From positions 45,694,001-45,758,000 of the forward strand of contig OZ336881.1 of the NCBI GenBank assembly GCA_965287045.1: a stretch of DNA of 64,000 nt, given 5' to 3'. Below, one piece after another: positions 12,393 through 24,607 of this stretch. The notes beneath the pieces are model-generated. The model saw only the letters and a program-made list of their open reading frames with translations, searched no databases and was not told the origin of the DNA. The translations under genes were made by a program, and so were the position numbers. The stretch comes from Carcharhinus amblyrhynchos (Eukaryota). Position 1 is the first letter of the stretch. Each line of letters starts with the position of its first letter.

Positions 12393-13555
12393 CATTGAGG
12401 AACCAAAATGCACATTGGATGCGATGTTCCCTCTAATTCCCCTTTGCTATGTGCGGCCCATATGTTGAACTGTGTATAGGTGCATCTTAAAGGGACCTGT
12501 TCTTCTTTGTGGCCTGTTTGACTCTTGTGCAGAATGTTCAGGATTCTGAGTGACTGTGCTCCAAGACAACTCAGAAGGAACATTGGTAGGGGGTTTATTT
12601 TGCTAACACTTCGATGAGCATAACTGTCAGCTTCCACTTCAAAAACAACTTGTCTTCATATATTTAACACAATAAGTTATTCCAAGGTGCTTCAAAAAGG
12701 CACTGTGAACCCCTGAAACCTCCCCCCCACCACCAAACTCCCTGAGATGCCTAGGAGTTCTCACACTGAGAGCCATAGATTCTCATTACAGCTTCTGGCA
12801 CTACAGGAGCTAGAGTGCTGCAAGCCTATCTGATTGGCTGGCAATCCTCTGAGGCAGAACATCTCCCCCAAATGAGGGGAAGAAGTCTCACCTCCAGTCA
12901 GTTAATGCTCAATGGAGCATAAAATGGCTGCAGAGCAACCAGTATGAGTGTGAACATAATTTTTGTCAGCGGTCAGTGCTCAGGGATTTGCACCACCACC
13001 AGTACAATTTTGGGTGACTGGCAGAGGGACAAGCTGTGGCTGCTGGGGCGATCGGGATTGGGGATGGGCTAAGTGGCAAAGAAATGGACTGGATGACACC
13101 CCATGATTTGGAATCTGGTGCATTGGGAGATATCCAGCTCAAGTTCACCATAAATGGGTCCAAGCAGCGGATCTCTGCAAGAGTTGTCTGACATAACTGT
13201 CTACCTCTATTTTGTGGCTACATTCACGGCTGGATGTCCCTTGAGCGATAGCACAAGGTGTCTACCAGCACTTTTGAGGCCACCCATATCTGTTGGGCGC
13301 TGCGGGAACTGGGATGCTTTATCGACTCTGTTAATCACAATTTGGTTTGATGTTTTAAGTTTCCTTTGTGAGTTGTTTTTTGTTTGATGCAATATCCAAT
13401 TATGGGCCTGCTCCTTTAATTGTCCCTCAGTTCATTTGATTTAATTTCCTTGTTCACTCAAAATAGGAGTGTGGGCACGGATGCGTCTGCCGCCAAATCC
13501 TTGGATGGTGGGAAATGAACCTCCATCATCCATACAGTGTGGCATGGCAGCATAG

Positions 13556-13842
13556 TTTGGTGTCACAATGACACAGTGGTTAGTACTACTGCCTCAAAGT
13601 GCCAGGGAGCTGAATTCAATTCCAGTTCTGGGTGACTGTCTTTGTGGATTTTGCACATTCTCCCCATGTTTGTGTGGGTTTCCTCCAGGTGCTGCAGTCA
13701 AAAATGTGCAGATTAGTTGATTGGCCATGCTAAGTTGCCCTATGCATGGGAGTAAGAGATGGGGTCTGGGTGAGATGCTCTGTCGGAGAGTCTGTGCAGA
13801 CTTGATGGGCTGAATGGCTTTCTTCTGCACTGTCAGGATTCT
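13556..13842 (+). mobile_element. tRNA-derived SINE
   Basis: tRNA-like head cagtggttagtactactgcctc, with the same core and tail as 2107. Confidence 0.82.
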
Positions 13843-14310
13843 AAATCATTTTGACTCAAGGATGAGAAGACACATGGTGTTAGGGTGGAAAATATGGCTA
13901 ATTGAGAAAATTAGCCTGGTACTTGGGTAAGGATCAAGAATTTTAAATGAGAGGTTGTAGGGGTGGAACAATGTGAGATGCAAAAGGAGGAGAAAGAACC
14001 AGAGGAGTAACTTTCCATCCCAGTCCCATATTCGCTTCCTTGTGCCTTGCAGCATCACATTATTTGTCATTTAATCTATCCCTTTTCCTTTCTTCCCGGT
14101 CCTTGGCCCTAGCTTTGCACTTGCCTCAAAGCTGCTCATCTTTTAACTTCCAGATTTGCTGAAAAGTAATTGATCCAAAACATCAACTCCATTTCTCTCT
14201 CCACACATGCTGCCAACCCCCCTGTTTCAGTATTTTCTGTTTTTTAATTTGGTTTGTCAGCATTTTGCTTTCATCAGAAGTATTTGGAATAACATAAATA
14301 GAAACACTTA

Positions 14311-14775
14311 GCTGGGATTTTCTGTGAAATTGGCAAAGTCCGAAAGCGGGAGGGGGGGAATTAACATTTGACCCCGCCATCAGCAATGACAGCTTTTCAC
14401 ATCATATCATGCGTCACTTTGTTGAAAAAATAGAGGCAGGGGCTTCATGACAGATCACTGACAGGGTAGCCTCTGATTCACCTGCTCTGCCTTGATCTCA
14501 AGTCTTCTGTAGACCAGGCACCACATTCGAAGGGCAATACTTCATTAAGCTGGCACTCTCTAGGGATCAAAGAAAGTCATGACTTTCAAGTCAAGTTGGA
14601 AGGGAAGAAGCATACTGCTCAAAATTTCAGTGACACCTCTCTTGAGTGGCTGCTAGCACAGTGGAGGCCCACCACGAATTCTTCTACTTCCACTCTAGGC
14701 AAAGAGCTTAAGGTGATCAATCTAACATGGGAGACATGTTAGTGGTGGTGAGCACCAGCAAACAAATCCACCCAT
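14311..14775 (+). mobile_element. Truncated Harbinger-type element with a Myb/SANT partner-gene remnant
   Basis: Starts tta-gctgggattttc (TIR-like); KFSDTSLEWLL..VEAHHE-like segment at about 14622. Confidence 0.45.
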
Positions 14776-16666
14776 TTTTCTTTCTGTTAGAAAAAGTGGT
14801 ACAGAAGAATTTTGTGGATTTATATTTTCAGCTGTATCTTTATTTGTATGGTTTGTCCTTTAAAACCACGCCCATAACTTTTAGAACTGCTTGAAATTGT
14901 TATAATTCCACAGGACATCATCAACTTGAGGAGTTCACTGCTGCCAGGGAAGATTTAAATTGTACTTTGCCCTGGGCTTTTATTTTCGATAGGCTTTAGT
15001 TATTAAGTCGCGCTTTTGTTTTGAAATGGTAATCTGTGCAGAACAGAAAACCAGCATTAATCGAAGAGAAAACAAAGCAAACGTGGTCATCTAGCATTCA
15101 GTGAGGGAGGACTTTGAGAATCATTGAGGAATGGATCCGCAAGCTGTCATTGATCAATGTGTTGCTTTTGTTTCACAGATTGATCAGGAACTGACTTTTA
15201 TTTTGAACATGGTTCTCACTGACTTCAGCTCTCAGCACAGAATTAATCAATAGGGACTTCAGTAGAAAGAAAGATGGCTCCTGATCAGCAACTGTGTTCC
15301 AGTCAATGACAGTGAGCAGACATGCCTCATGAGAGTCCACCTGCCTGCCATCAGTGGAGCACCTTTGTATCACTCTCAGTTAGCTGCACAGAAACACACT
15401 TTCAATAAGGTTTATTATCAAACATTATCAAAATGAAACTCAAGGATTCATCAAATAAGTACCTTATTTTCTACTAACTGCTTCCCCCCCCCCCACCCCG
15501 CCCCGCAACTCCCTTCTCCCATCCCACACACATATAGGCACACACTGCCCATCCCCGCACTGGTGTTTGTAACAATTGTGGAATAGCACTTCAAGTAGTC
15601 GACTAGTCAGTAGCAACAAACACTCACGCTGTTCAGAATGTGTGCAAATGGAACACAAGAAAAGGGAATGTGAACACAAAATTCAGGCATAATGTAATAA
15701 CATTAAAAACTGTTAAGTTTCCTCCCATAGTCATTAACATTTAACAAAATTTTTCGAAGCGCCGGTCAGATTTTTCCAAGATCTTGAGTTTTCTCTCAAG
15801 ATCTTCAGCCACTCAGATGAAAATAAGTGAATGGTTGTTTATGCCATCATTATGATGGAGCAGGGTCTTGTCAGCATAGAGCTGGCAAGACCCACTCTAC
15901 AGAGATCAGGATACAATCTTCAAAGGACGTCCCAATCAGAACAGAAAATAAACTCCTTTCACTCTCTCCTATCATGGAGCTCCTCCCCCTGCCGACAATC
16001 ATTGCTAGCAATCCCTCCCACCTGCCTGGAGTTTTGCTGCTCTGTGTGGAGTTTCCTACAGCTGTTCAGATTCTATGCCCTGGCCCTGTGGGGTCAGGTA
16101 GGACCCTTAATGGAGTGCTGGCCAGACTGCTCTCTGCAGCCACTGTGCTGTGCTGTTCCTTTGTTTTGGTTGTGGGGTGTGGTGAAAAACTGGACTGATT
16201 GCTGGAGTTTTAGGGAGGTATGGCGGGAAGTGCACCATGTGCTGCATGAGGGTTAATCAGTTCAAGCCGCTGGCACTCCAAGCAATGGTGCTGAGGTTAA
16301 CGTAGAAACTCATACTGCATGTACTGTGCAGTGAATGGGCACCCATCTTGTGATAATTAGGAGTCATTCCCTGCCCCATGTCCCTTACCCGCAACACATG
16401 CCTAGTGTAGTTGCACTCATGGCAATGTCTCAAGGGGGCCCAATGGTCATGCCCGTGTACCAATCTGCATACTCTCCCTGCCAGCTGTTTTCATGATGCC
16501 AATTGCAGACAACGCAATCAGGTGACAAATGGCACCACACATTGTGTTGTGTTGCCAGAACCCACAAGAGGGGCTACTGGAACCTGAGAGGGATTGGGGG
16601 ATGTTGGGGTAGATGCAAAGTAGATGTATCTATCAATCTTTCTCTCTCTAACCCCCATTGTGCAGA

Positions 16667-17840
16667 ATGGATCTGGGATTGATGAATTAGAGCTGGCTAT
16701 CATGGTTGCAGCTGAGGAGGAGGAAGCGGCGGTGGTTCAGGAGGTGGAAGGTGTACAGAGGCCACTGCAGGAGCAGCCAGTGGCAGGCCCTTAGGAAGGA
16801 AGGAGGGGACTGCCACTGATGGCCAGGAGGTAGGAAAGCAGTATCCCAAAAGGTGGCCAGAAGAAGGAGGATGTGGAGGCAAGGCGATACTGGACCAGGC
16901 TTCATTTGAGGGGCTGTTGGAGGCTATGTGCTGTCACTGACTCAGACGATCCAAGGACGGTCCGACACTTGTTTGAGGTGCTTGCACAAATGGCTCCTGA
17001 GGGGAGGGGCGGCCACCCGCCCCCAGTAGAAATTAAGATGTTGATGGCCCTTAACTTCTATGCAACTGGGTGATTTCAGGCACCTCTGTGGAATATCTCA
17101 GGCTTCCGTCCACAGATACGTTTGCCAGATCACAGGTGCCTTGTATGCCCGCACAGGCTAATACGTCAATTTCAATGTTGGGCAGGCTCAGCAGGAGGCC
17201 CAGACTGCAAGCTTCGCTACCATTGCAGGAATGCTGCACGTCCAGGGAGCAGTGGACAGGACACATATCACCCTGTGATCCCTTCGAGGTGAGGGGCAAC
17301 CATATCAACTCTCATCAGGGAGTTTCCATGCAGGCCTGTGCATGCCACCCAGGGACTACCCATAACAGCTTTGTGCTGAGAGAGTCAGACATCCTTGGGC
17401 TCTTTGAAGGCCAGTCCAGGCTGTCAGGATGGCTCGTCAGGGACAAGAGCTACCTGCTGATCCTTACTGGTGACGCCTGTGCAGAGGCCTGAGACCAAGA
17501 CAGAAACCCATTGTAATGAAGCCCACGCTGCAAACTGGTCTGTAGTAAATCAGTGCCAGGGCCTGCTGAAAATGCGGTTCCACTGCCTGGACCACTCTGG
17601 GAGTGCCCTGTGGTATGACCATGTGCATACTTCACGGATTATAATTGTCTGCTGTGTCCTGCACAACATTATGCAGCAGCAGGCTGACTAGCTAGTGGAG
17701 GAGGAGAAGAAGGAGCGGCGACACAGCCAAGTGGGTGTCCTGCCATATGAGGAGCCAGAGGATGGAGGGCATACGGTGACAGCAAGTGCCTGACAGGGCA
17801 AGGCAATGAGGGAAGTCTTGATAGCAGCCCACTTCATATA
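16667..17840 (+). pseudogene. Harbinger/HARBI1-type DDE transposase, frameshifted
   Basis: Fragments VEIKMLMALNFYATG, ACHPGTTHNSFVLRES..GWLVRDKSY, NEAHAANWSVVNQCQGLLKMRFHCLD and IIIVCCVLHNI. Confidence 0.88.
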
Positions 17841-18299
17841 AGTGATGCTGTGCTGTGTAGGGGCTGCTCCGAACACTCTTCCACTACACGTCAGGAGCCA
17901 TTGCAGCTGCCATCCCCACAACCCCAAACTGGCCCCTCAACCCACATGATTCCCCCACCCTCTCATCCCTTCTCCACCCTCTCTCATCCCACCATTCCAT
18001 CCCCAAGAAAACTCACAACGGTTAAATGGATGGGCCTGGCGCTGGTAACGAATCATTCCTGAAGGCTGGAGAATGATGATGGTGACTTGCTGTAAGGCAC
18101 ACTGAGGTCCTGTCCCTGATGCCACTCATGTCTGACTCCCATCTTTTCTCCGAATGCACAGTGCCACCTTGGCCCACGTAGCAGTAAAAATTGGGAACAC
18201 AAGTGTATTTTTGGGCAGTGGGTTGGCGGGGGGGGCCTGATTGGGGTCCTGTTTGACTAAGGGTCCAGTGGATGATGGGAAAGCAGGGCAGGCCATCTG

Positions 18300-19815
18300 T
18301 AACATTTGACAGAGTTTAGCACACACAAAGGTCAGTGCCATGATGCATGGGAGTGGGTGGCTGCAACCTGGAGGGCCCCAGCTGACTTGCGGATAACGTT
18401 GTTTCTGTGTCACCCTGTTTAAGCAGCTGGCCCTGAGTTGCCCCGGTGTGAGGAAAGAGGGAATCAGAAAGTCTCGGGATGTTTGGAGTCCCCTGACTGG
18501 AAAGCCTTACTCCCGCTTTGGGGTGCCCAGAGGCCCCTGGGATGCCAGGGTAGCTGGACTGAGCTCCAGAACCTCCAGCTTCACCTGCTTCTGCCAGATT
18601 GACCTGGCCCTCTGAGACTGGACCAAGCTCTGGAGCCACTCTGCTACGAAATTCTGTGAATGAGCCAGGCTCTGTAGCCTCTCCGCATTATCCCTCTGAG
18701 ATTGGGCTCAGTTGTCAAGGCCTACCGCCACAGCCGGCTGTGTCCCCAGAATGCCAGCGAGAGTCCCAACCATGGCCAACAGTGTCTACACCATGCCTCG
18801 ACACACATGACCATGGACCAGTGTGCCCCCTGAATGCCGGAGACAGCCTTGGCCATGGCCTGCTTTGTCTCTGCCATGGCCTGCTGTGTCTCCAGGATGG
18901 CCTGGACCCTGTCACCCATGAGGCCTAATCCCTGATCCAGACTTTCTATTGCAGATACCACCCTTGCAGTATTGGCTTGGTTCCCATATTGTGCTGGTAC
19001 CATCTTCTGCGACAGCACTCTGATTGACTTCTGTAAACAGCCTTGCAGTCACTTACAGCCCATCCACAACTCCTTGGGTTTTCTGTTGCATCGCCACCCG
19101 CTTCAGGATGATGCTCACTTACATGCTGGATGCCATGCTGGCTGTTGGTCACCATCCTAGGCATTGATTCTCCCCCTGCTAGCTCCAGGGCAAGCTGCTT
19201 GCAGGTTGTCAGCTGCCATAGCTCAAGCACACCGCCATCAGTTTGTGCCCTCTCTTGCTGGTCGTGTGCATTTTTTTTCCTGTGGGGAGATAGGAGGGGG
19301 ATTGAAAGCATGGATATATAGAAATGCATGGGGTGCAACGTGTGCCTGAGTTTTGGAGCTTGTATTGGTCATTTCAAGGAAAAGGGTCACGCTGGGGGGT
19401 GCTGATTGAAGGTAGGGAGAAGGAGGTTGGATGCAGTTCTGGGAGTGGAGGGGTGGGCAGTGGGTGAGGCTATTTTTGGATGCCCTTCAGGTATCTGAGC
19501 ATGGTTTAACATGGTTAGTCCAGCATGTGCAGCTTTAAGAACATGACACACATTTACTCTTGCTCCCGAAGAAGATTGTTGTTTCTTCTGACGCTGTTCC
19601 CCGGACCAAAATATCAAGGTCCTGACATTAACTGCAGCTGTAACCTCCCCTACAATGCCTTTGCGGCGTGACTCCTTGGATGCCAGCCCTGAGTGGGGAA
19701 CAGCAGCTGGCACGTCTCCTCCACTGTATCCAGCAGGCGGGCCTGGTAAGCATGACAGAACCTCAGGCCAGGTTTCTTCTGGCCATCTTCTTAGGGTGAC
19801 TGGCTGTGTGCTCAT
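18300..19815 (-). pseudogene. Harbinger Myb/SANT (MSANTD-like) DNA-binding partner gene, two exons, decayed
   Basis: Exon 1 ends ..EVTAAVNVRTLIFWSGEQRQKK, then a GT-AG intron (about 19557 down to 19280), and exon 2 begins EKNAHDQQERAQTDGG. A coiled-coil heptad follows (QAILETQQAMAETKQAMAK). Confidence 0.75.
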
Positions 19816-19959
19816 TATTGCAGCTTATATATAGCTCTGGCTTGTTAGAGGAGTGAGGTGCAGTCAGTTTGGGCCAGTCATTGGCCCATTTGTAAAAGTT
19901 CCTTGTGAGAAATGTGAAGGGAATCTGGTTTCAATAACGAGTTAGCCATCTCCGAAGAA

Positions 19960-20570
19960 CAGGGTGGCAGGGGAGGAGGTCAGAGATGTCTGTGGTGGGG
20001 GGAAGATGTGCCAGCAATGTCTGTAGTGGGGGGTGTGGTGAGGAGGGAGCAGGGAAGGGGAGGCCAGTTGATGTCTGTGGAGGGGGGGCTGAACAAGAAG
20101 GCCAGCGATGTCCAATGACATAGGTGGGGGAAAGGGAGGCCAGCGATGTCTGTGTGGATGAGGGGGAGGAAGGGAGCAGGTTAGGGGAGCCAGCAATGTC
20201 CGTGAGGGGCGGAAGGGGTGCCAGTAAATTCCGTGGAGGAAGGGAGTGGGTTAGGGGAGCCAGCGATGTCCGTGAGGGGGGGAAGGGGTGCCAGTGAAAT
20301 CCATGGAGGTGGGGAGGGGGAAGGGGAGGCCAGCGATGTCCGTGGAGGGGGGTGGAAAGGAAGACAGCAATGTCTACTGACACAGGTGGGGGAAGGGGAG
20401 GCCAGCAATGACCGTGATGGGGTAAGGGATGCCAGTGAAGTCCGTGAAGGCGGGAAGGGGGAAGGGAGGTCAGCAATGTCTGTGGAGGGTGGGCAGGAGA
20501 AGGGAAGGCCAGCAGTATGCGGGGCTGGCGTGAGACCAGCGATGAGGGCAATGATGTCTGTGGAGTGTTG
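19960..20570. repeat. G-rich tandem array, about 16 units of about 30-45 nt, core GCCAGCRATGTCYGTG
   Basis: Core visible at about 20010, 20063, 20101, 20139, 20189, 20259, 20329, 20401 and 20469, separated by G/A-run spacers. Confidence 0.9.
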
Positions 20571-20914
20571 AAGCCAATGATCTCAATGCCTGGAGATTTT
20601 TAGGATCTCCCAGCGAAGTGCACATGCACGGGGTCCCACTCATCATGCCGATTTCAGCCTCTTCTGCGGGAATAGGCCGTGCCTTTTGTTGTTTAATGAT
20701 AACCGCATGCTAGTGGCCTCTCTAGTGCACAGAGAGTGAGAGATTCATTTCAGGAAACACACTGGAAAAACCAGTACAATTTACTCCAACACTCACATGA
20801 CTTTGACACTTAGAAATTTTTGGGGAGATATCAGCCTCTTGCATTTGTATGATGATTGGTATCAGCTGTGGGAAAGTGCAATCAAGTATCTTGAGGAACG
20901 TGAAGGGAGAGGGG

Positions 20915-21192
20915 GCCATGCTGGTGAAGTGGTTAGCACTAGTGAACTGGGTTCCAGTCCCAGATCAGGTCACTGTATGTGCGGAGTTTGCACGTTCTCT
21001 CCATGTCTGCATGGGTTTCCTCCGGGTACTCCAGTTTCCTCCCACAGTCTGTAAGATGTGCTGTTTCGGTGCATTGGTCATGCTAAATTCTCCCTCAGTC
21101 GCCGGAGTGTGGCAACTCTGGGATTTTCACAGGAACTTCATTGCAGTGTTAATGTGAGACTACTCGTCACACTAATAAGTAAATAAAATAAA
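20915..21192 (+). mobile_element. tRNA-derived SINE (aataaa-tail subfamily)
   Basis: Same core and tail as 3512-3812. Confidence 0.8.
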
Positions 21193-21207
21193 ATTACTAT
21201 GGATCTT

Positions 21208-21360
21208 GGAATCTGAAACACAAACAGAAAATGCTGGAAAATCTCAGCAGGTCTGACCAGCAGATCTAAGAAGAATCATCCAGATGCGAAACATTGGCTC
21301 TATTCTCTCTTCACAGATGCTGTCAGACTTGCTGAGATTTTCCAGCATTTTCCATTTGTG
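21208..21360. repeat. Collapsed fold-back hairpin of the 1311 family
   Basis: cacaaacagaaaatgctggaaaatctcagcaggtctgac pairs with gtcagacttgctgagattttccagcattttccatttgtg. Confidence 0.8.
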
Positions 21361-22239
21361 ACCTTCAGGAAAATGTTATTGGCAGACTTAACCTGAACTG
21401 CAGATAACCAAATACACAGCACTGAGCTCCAATGCATTGATGTCCTGTTCTTTCTGACTTGTGTAATGCAATCTGCATAGATGTTAAGTATTTGCCATTT
21501 GATTTGAATCCAAAGTTAGGATTTCTTTCTTTTAACACAGGTTTCAGACACATTTGGCTCAAAAGAGAAGATAAATCTTTATTAATCTCACCTCATCTAA
21601 ACCTCATTGTTGTTCTACTTGATCTCAGAATAAATTAACCTTTTTCTTTGGAAAACGGCCTTACTTTGTTCTATGTATAATTTTTTCTAACATAAGGAGT
21701 GATGTAGTCTGGGAGAGAAAGTTAGTCTAGTGTAAATAGATCATTGTGTCCCATGATTGAATTATACTGTGCATTTAATTATCCACTTTGAACAAGAAAG
21801 GTTTCATGTGATTTGAGAAAACAATTCAGGAAGTCAAATGTTATACTACCAATACATTTGTTTTAGGTTTTTTTTAAATGGTAGATCAAAATTTTACATT
21901 TTTATGCTTTATCAAAACATATGTTTTAAAGATTGATTGATAGAGTTATTGTGATTCTTTAAAAATGGTTTGAAATAGCAGTTTGTGTTTGTATACAAAA
22001 CACTTTAGGTCCAATGAACAGGGTTTTAAATCACACATGCCAACAAAACTAAGAAGTCCAATAAAGTAAATAGCCTTTGCAAACCACAAACAATATCTAA
22101 AGCAGGGTGCCAGATAACAGTAAAAAATGTCAATATTTGATGACAAGGGTTTAGAAATATTTGAAAGTGAAGGTTATTATGTCAACATGATTTACTGAAA
22201 TGCTTTCAAGATTTTTGTTCCCTCTTCATTTTTTAACAG

Positions 22240-22443
22240 AAGCAACAATACTGAGCTATGATGGAAGCAAGTTTATGAAAATCCAACTACCTGTTGTAAT
22301 GCACACAGAAGCAGAGGATGTATCACTGCGATTTGTGTCCCAGCGAGCCTATGGAATCTTAATGGCAACAACGTCCCGGGATTCAGCAGATACTCTGAGA
22401 CTGGAACTTGATGGTGGTCGTGTCAAACTTACCGTCAACCTAG
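22240..22443 (+). CDS. NRXN1: Neurexin-1-alpha internal coding exon (start of LNS4 domain), 204 nt, phase 1/1
   Basis: Translates (E)[67 protein letters not shown](G/D). KIQLPVV, GILMATT and KLTVNL match NRXN1 as I recall it rather than NRXN3 (KIIMPMV, GLLVATT, KLMVNL). Acceptor ttttaacag ends at 22239 and donor gtaaca starts at 22444. Confidence 0.93.
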
Positions 22444-24479
22444 GTAACATCCATTTCAGCATTGTGTCATCATACTTTTGAATAGATGTTTTAAATGGTT
22501 CATAAGGTTGCTTTCAGAATGTATTTGAAAATTTTGAAAAAAGGACTTAACAAGAATGAAAGATGCAAGAAAACGTGTTGCCATATGTTACAAGCCCATC
22601 TTTTGAGACTTGGCTTTTTCCATGAAAACAAAATTATCATTTCTGTTTCATCATGTATTATACATTTTTAAATTGCTTATTATGCTAAAAGTACAACTTT
22701 CTTTCTCACATGCATTTAATTTCTTTCATACTTCAATTTTGCATCTTTTTATAATCTGAAGCAAGAAGCCCGTCCGTGTAGAATTGTAAAAGGTATTGCA
22801 GCCTACACACATCTGTCAGACATTGCATATTATAGTAGACCAAAAATAATCTTCAAGGAAGATTACCATTGGTCAGCCGCTTGATACTTATAAACAACTA
22901 GAATTGTTCTCAGATGAACCATCAGAGGTTTTTGCAAGAGGCAATGATTATTTGGATGTGCCCACTGGAAATATTTATGGAGTGGCTTAAAAATTGCAGA
23001 CACACTAGTATCTTGCTCTAGTCTCTAGGTTACAGTCTATTCATGAACAGTAAAAGATATTTGACTCTTTCCCAGTTCAGATATCATATTTTATTACAAA
23101 TGCGCAACAATCTGTAAAATACAGATACACAAGAAAGAGAAAGCTTGTGATTTCCAGCTCCAGTCAGAGTACACAAATATAATCCTATTTTAACTAAAAA
23201 ATTAGGCCACATTATGATTGTCTAAGTCTATATTATTTAGGGTAGTTAGACAAGGTTGAGAAACTTGGAACAATATTATTTTGTCCCATCTTTCGGAAAG
23301 TATATATTTAGCAATTTCTAACTGTGCAAGTGGTGATAAATTGAATACTAACTGACCCTTGAATTATTATATGGGCTTCTGCTTTTATCACTTTATTTTT
23401 AACAAATGCAGTTTTCACTCTATTCATTCTAATCATATTTATCTTTTACAAATCCATTTTTATTGTATTGTGGTGATAGTTACACCCTTGTTTTGGTTCA
23501 AAAGATGGTACACAACCCTTCAAAGGCCAAGGTCTGCGGCCCTAAGCAAACAGCCATGTGAACAAGAATGTGCAGCCTCTTTTACAGTGAAAATGCTTGC
23601 TTTAGTCTTACTCAAACATATTTTTGAAACAAATGAGGAAAAGAGGTACATTATACTTAAAAGAAAAGGTTGAAATCTGTACACGTTTCAAGTATACTAC
23701 AAGTTTGCATTGCTGAACACCATGGTTTAAAATATGTATGCTTAAACATACTTTGTCAGGTAAATGAAGATGATGTTGATGAAATCTGTTGTGTCTCCAT
23801 TTTGTTCATATTAGGAGTGCAGACTTCCTGAGATAGAGAACCTTTTTGACAACCACCCATGATTGCATCATGTGTTTCAATCTATTACATAAAATTGTAA
23901 CATTCCCAATGTTGCTCATTCTCTTCCCAAAGTACGATGCCAGCACATTGAGCAATTTTTTTCAAAAAGGCCATTTCCCTCTCCTCCATTATAAACAATC
24001 TAATGACCCTGTACAAAGAAGTTCCCACCACATTTTCTTGGAACTGGAATTTAAAGCTTTGATTGAAATGACTTGATTTGTGGCAATGTTAAGATCTAGC
24101 TCATTTTCCATGGAAATGCAACTCTTAATCCCTGGAATTTCGGAATTTATCAATTTGTAATTGCTGGATGCATGCTTGTGTAACAAATGAAGGGACTCTC
24201 ATTGTCGTCCCTTCCTCAAGTTAGTTCCCGTGAAACTTCAGATCTGGAGTTGCAAAGAATCCTGATGATAATTGTCATTCTGAAGCAAATTCAAGCTTTT
24301 TAGTCAGGAATGTAGCTCTTTCAATGCAGTTACTTGGCCATCAAATTAATTTATTATTTTTTGATAAAACCTGTTACACTTACTATTAACCAACCAGTTG
24401 GTTGAAATTTGATGGTTTTAAGACAATTCTTCAGATTGGAAGACATTAATAAAAGTCCTGAGCTTTGCATGACACTTCA

Positions 24480-24607
24480 GGGCCAAAATACAATACAGCC
24501 CTCCACCACTACCTACGAAAACAGAGAATTTAGCACTCAGCCAAATTTCCATTCATGGCAGTGGGACTGGAGAATCCCAGCACAGATGAAATCAGAGAAT
24601 CCTGGCC
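24480..24607. mobile_element. Short Harbinger-type MITE in the intron before the microexon
   Basis: ggccaaaat...gagaatcctggcc ends; similar in layout to about 50820-50948 and 54972-55070. Confidence 0.45.

Larger units (their letters stand above)
16250..20837. mobile_element. PIF/Harbinger DNA transposon fossil with convergent transposase and Myb/SANT genes
   Basis: Both genes are recognisable (next two entries). TIR-like terminus near 20837; the left boundary is uncertain. Confidence 0.8.

Noticed and set aside
19931-20551. 206-aa Pro/His-rich ORF and overlapping ORFs
   Set aside because: By-product of translating the G-rich tandem array.
19960-20570. Conserved core with variable spacers resembling a CRISPR array
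   Set aside because: Eukaryotic intron, low-complexity G/A spacers that resemble each other, degenerate repeats, and no cas genes.
22240-22443. Assignment to NRXN2 or NRXN3
   Set aside because: Diagnostic residues and the SS3 sequence fit NRXN1 best, although ELDGG is shared with NRXN3.
22200-22481. 93-aa ORF as a standalone gene
   Set aside because: It is the neurexin exon plus intronic read-through; the splice sites delimit 22240-22443.
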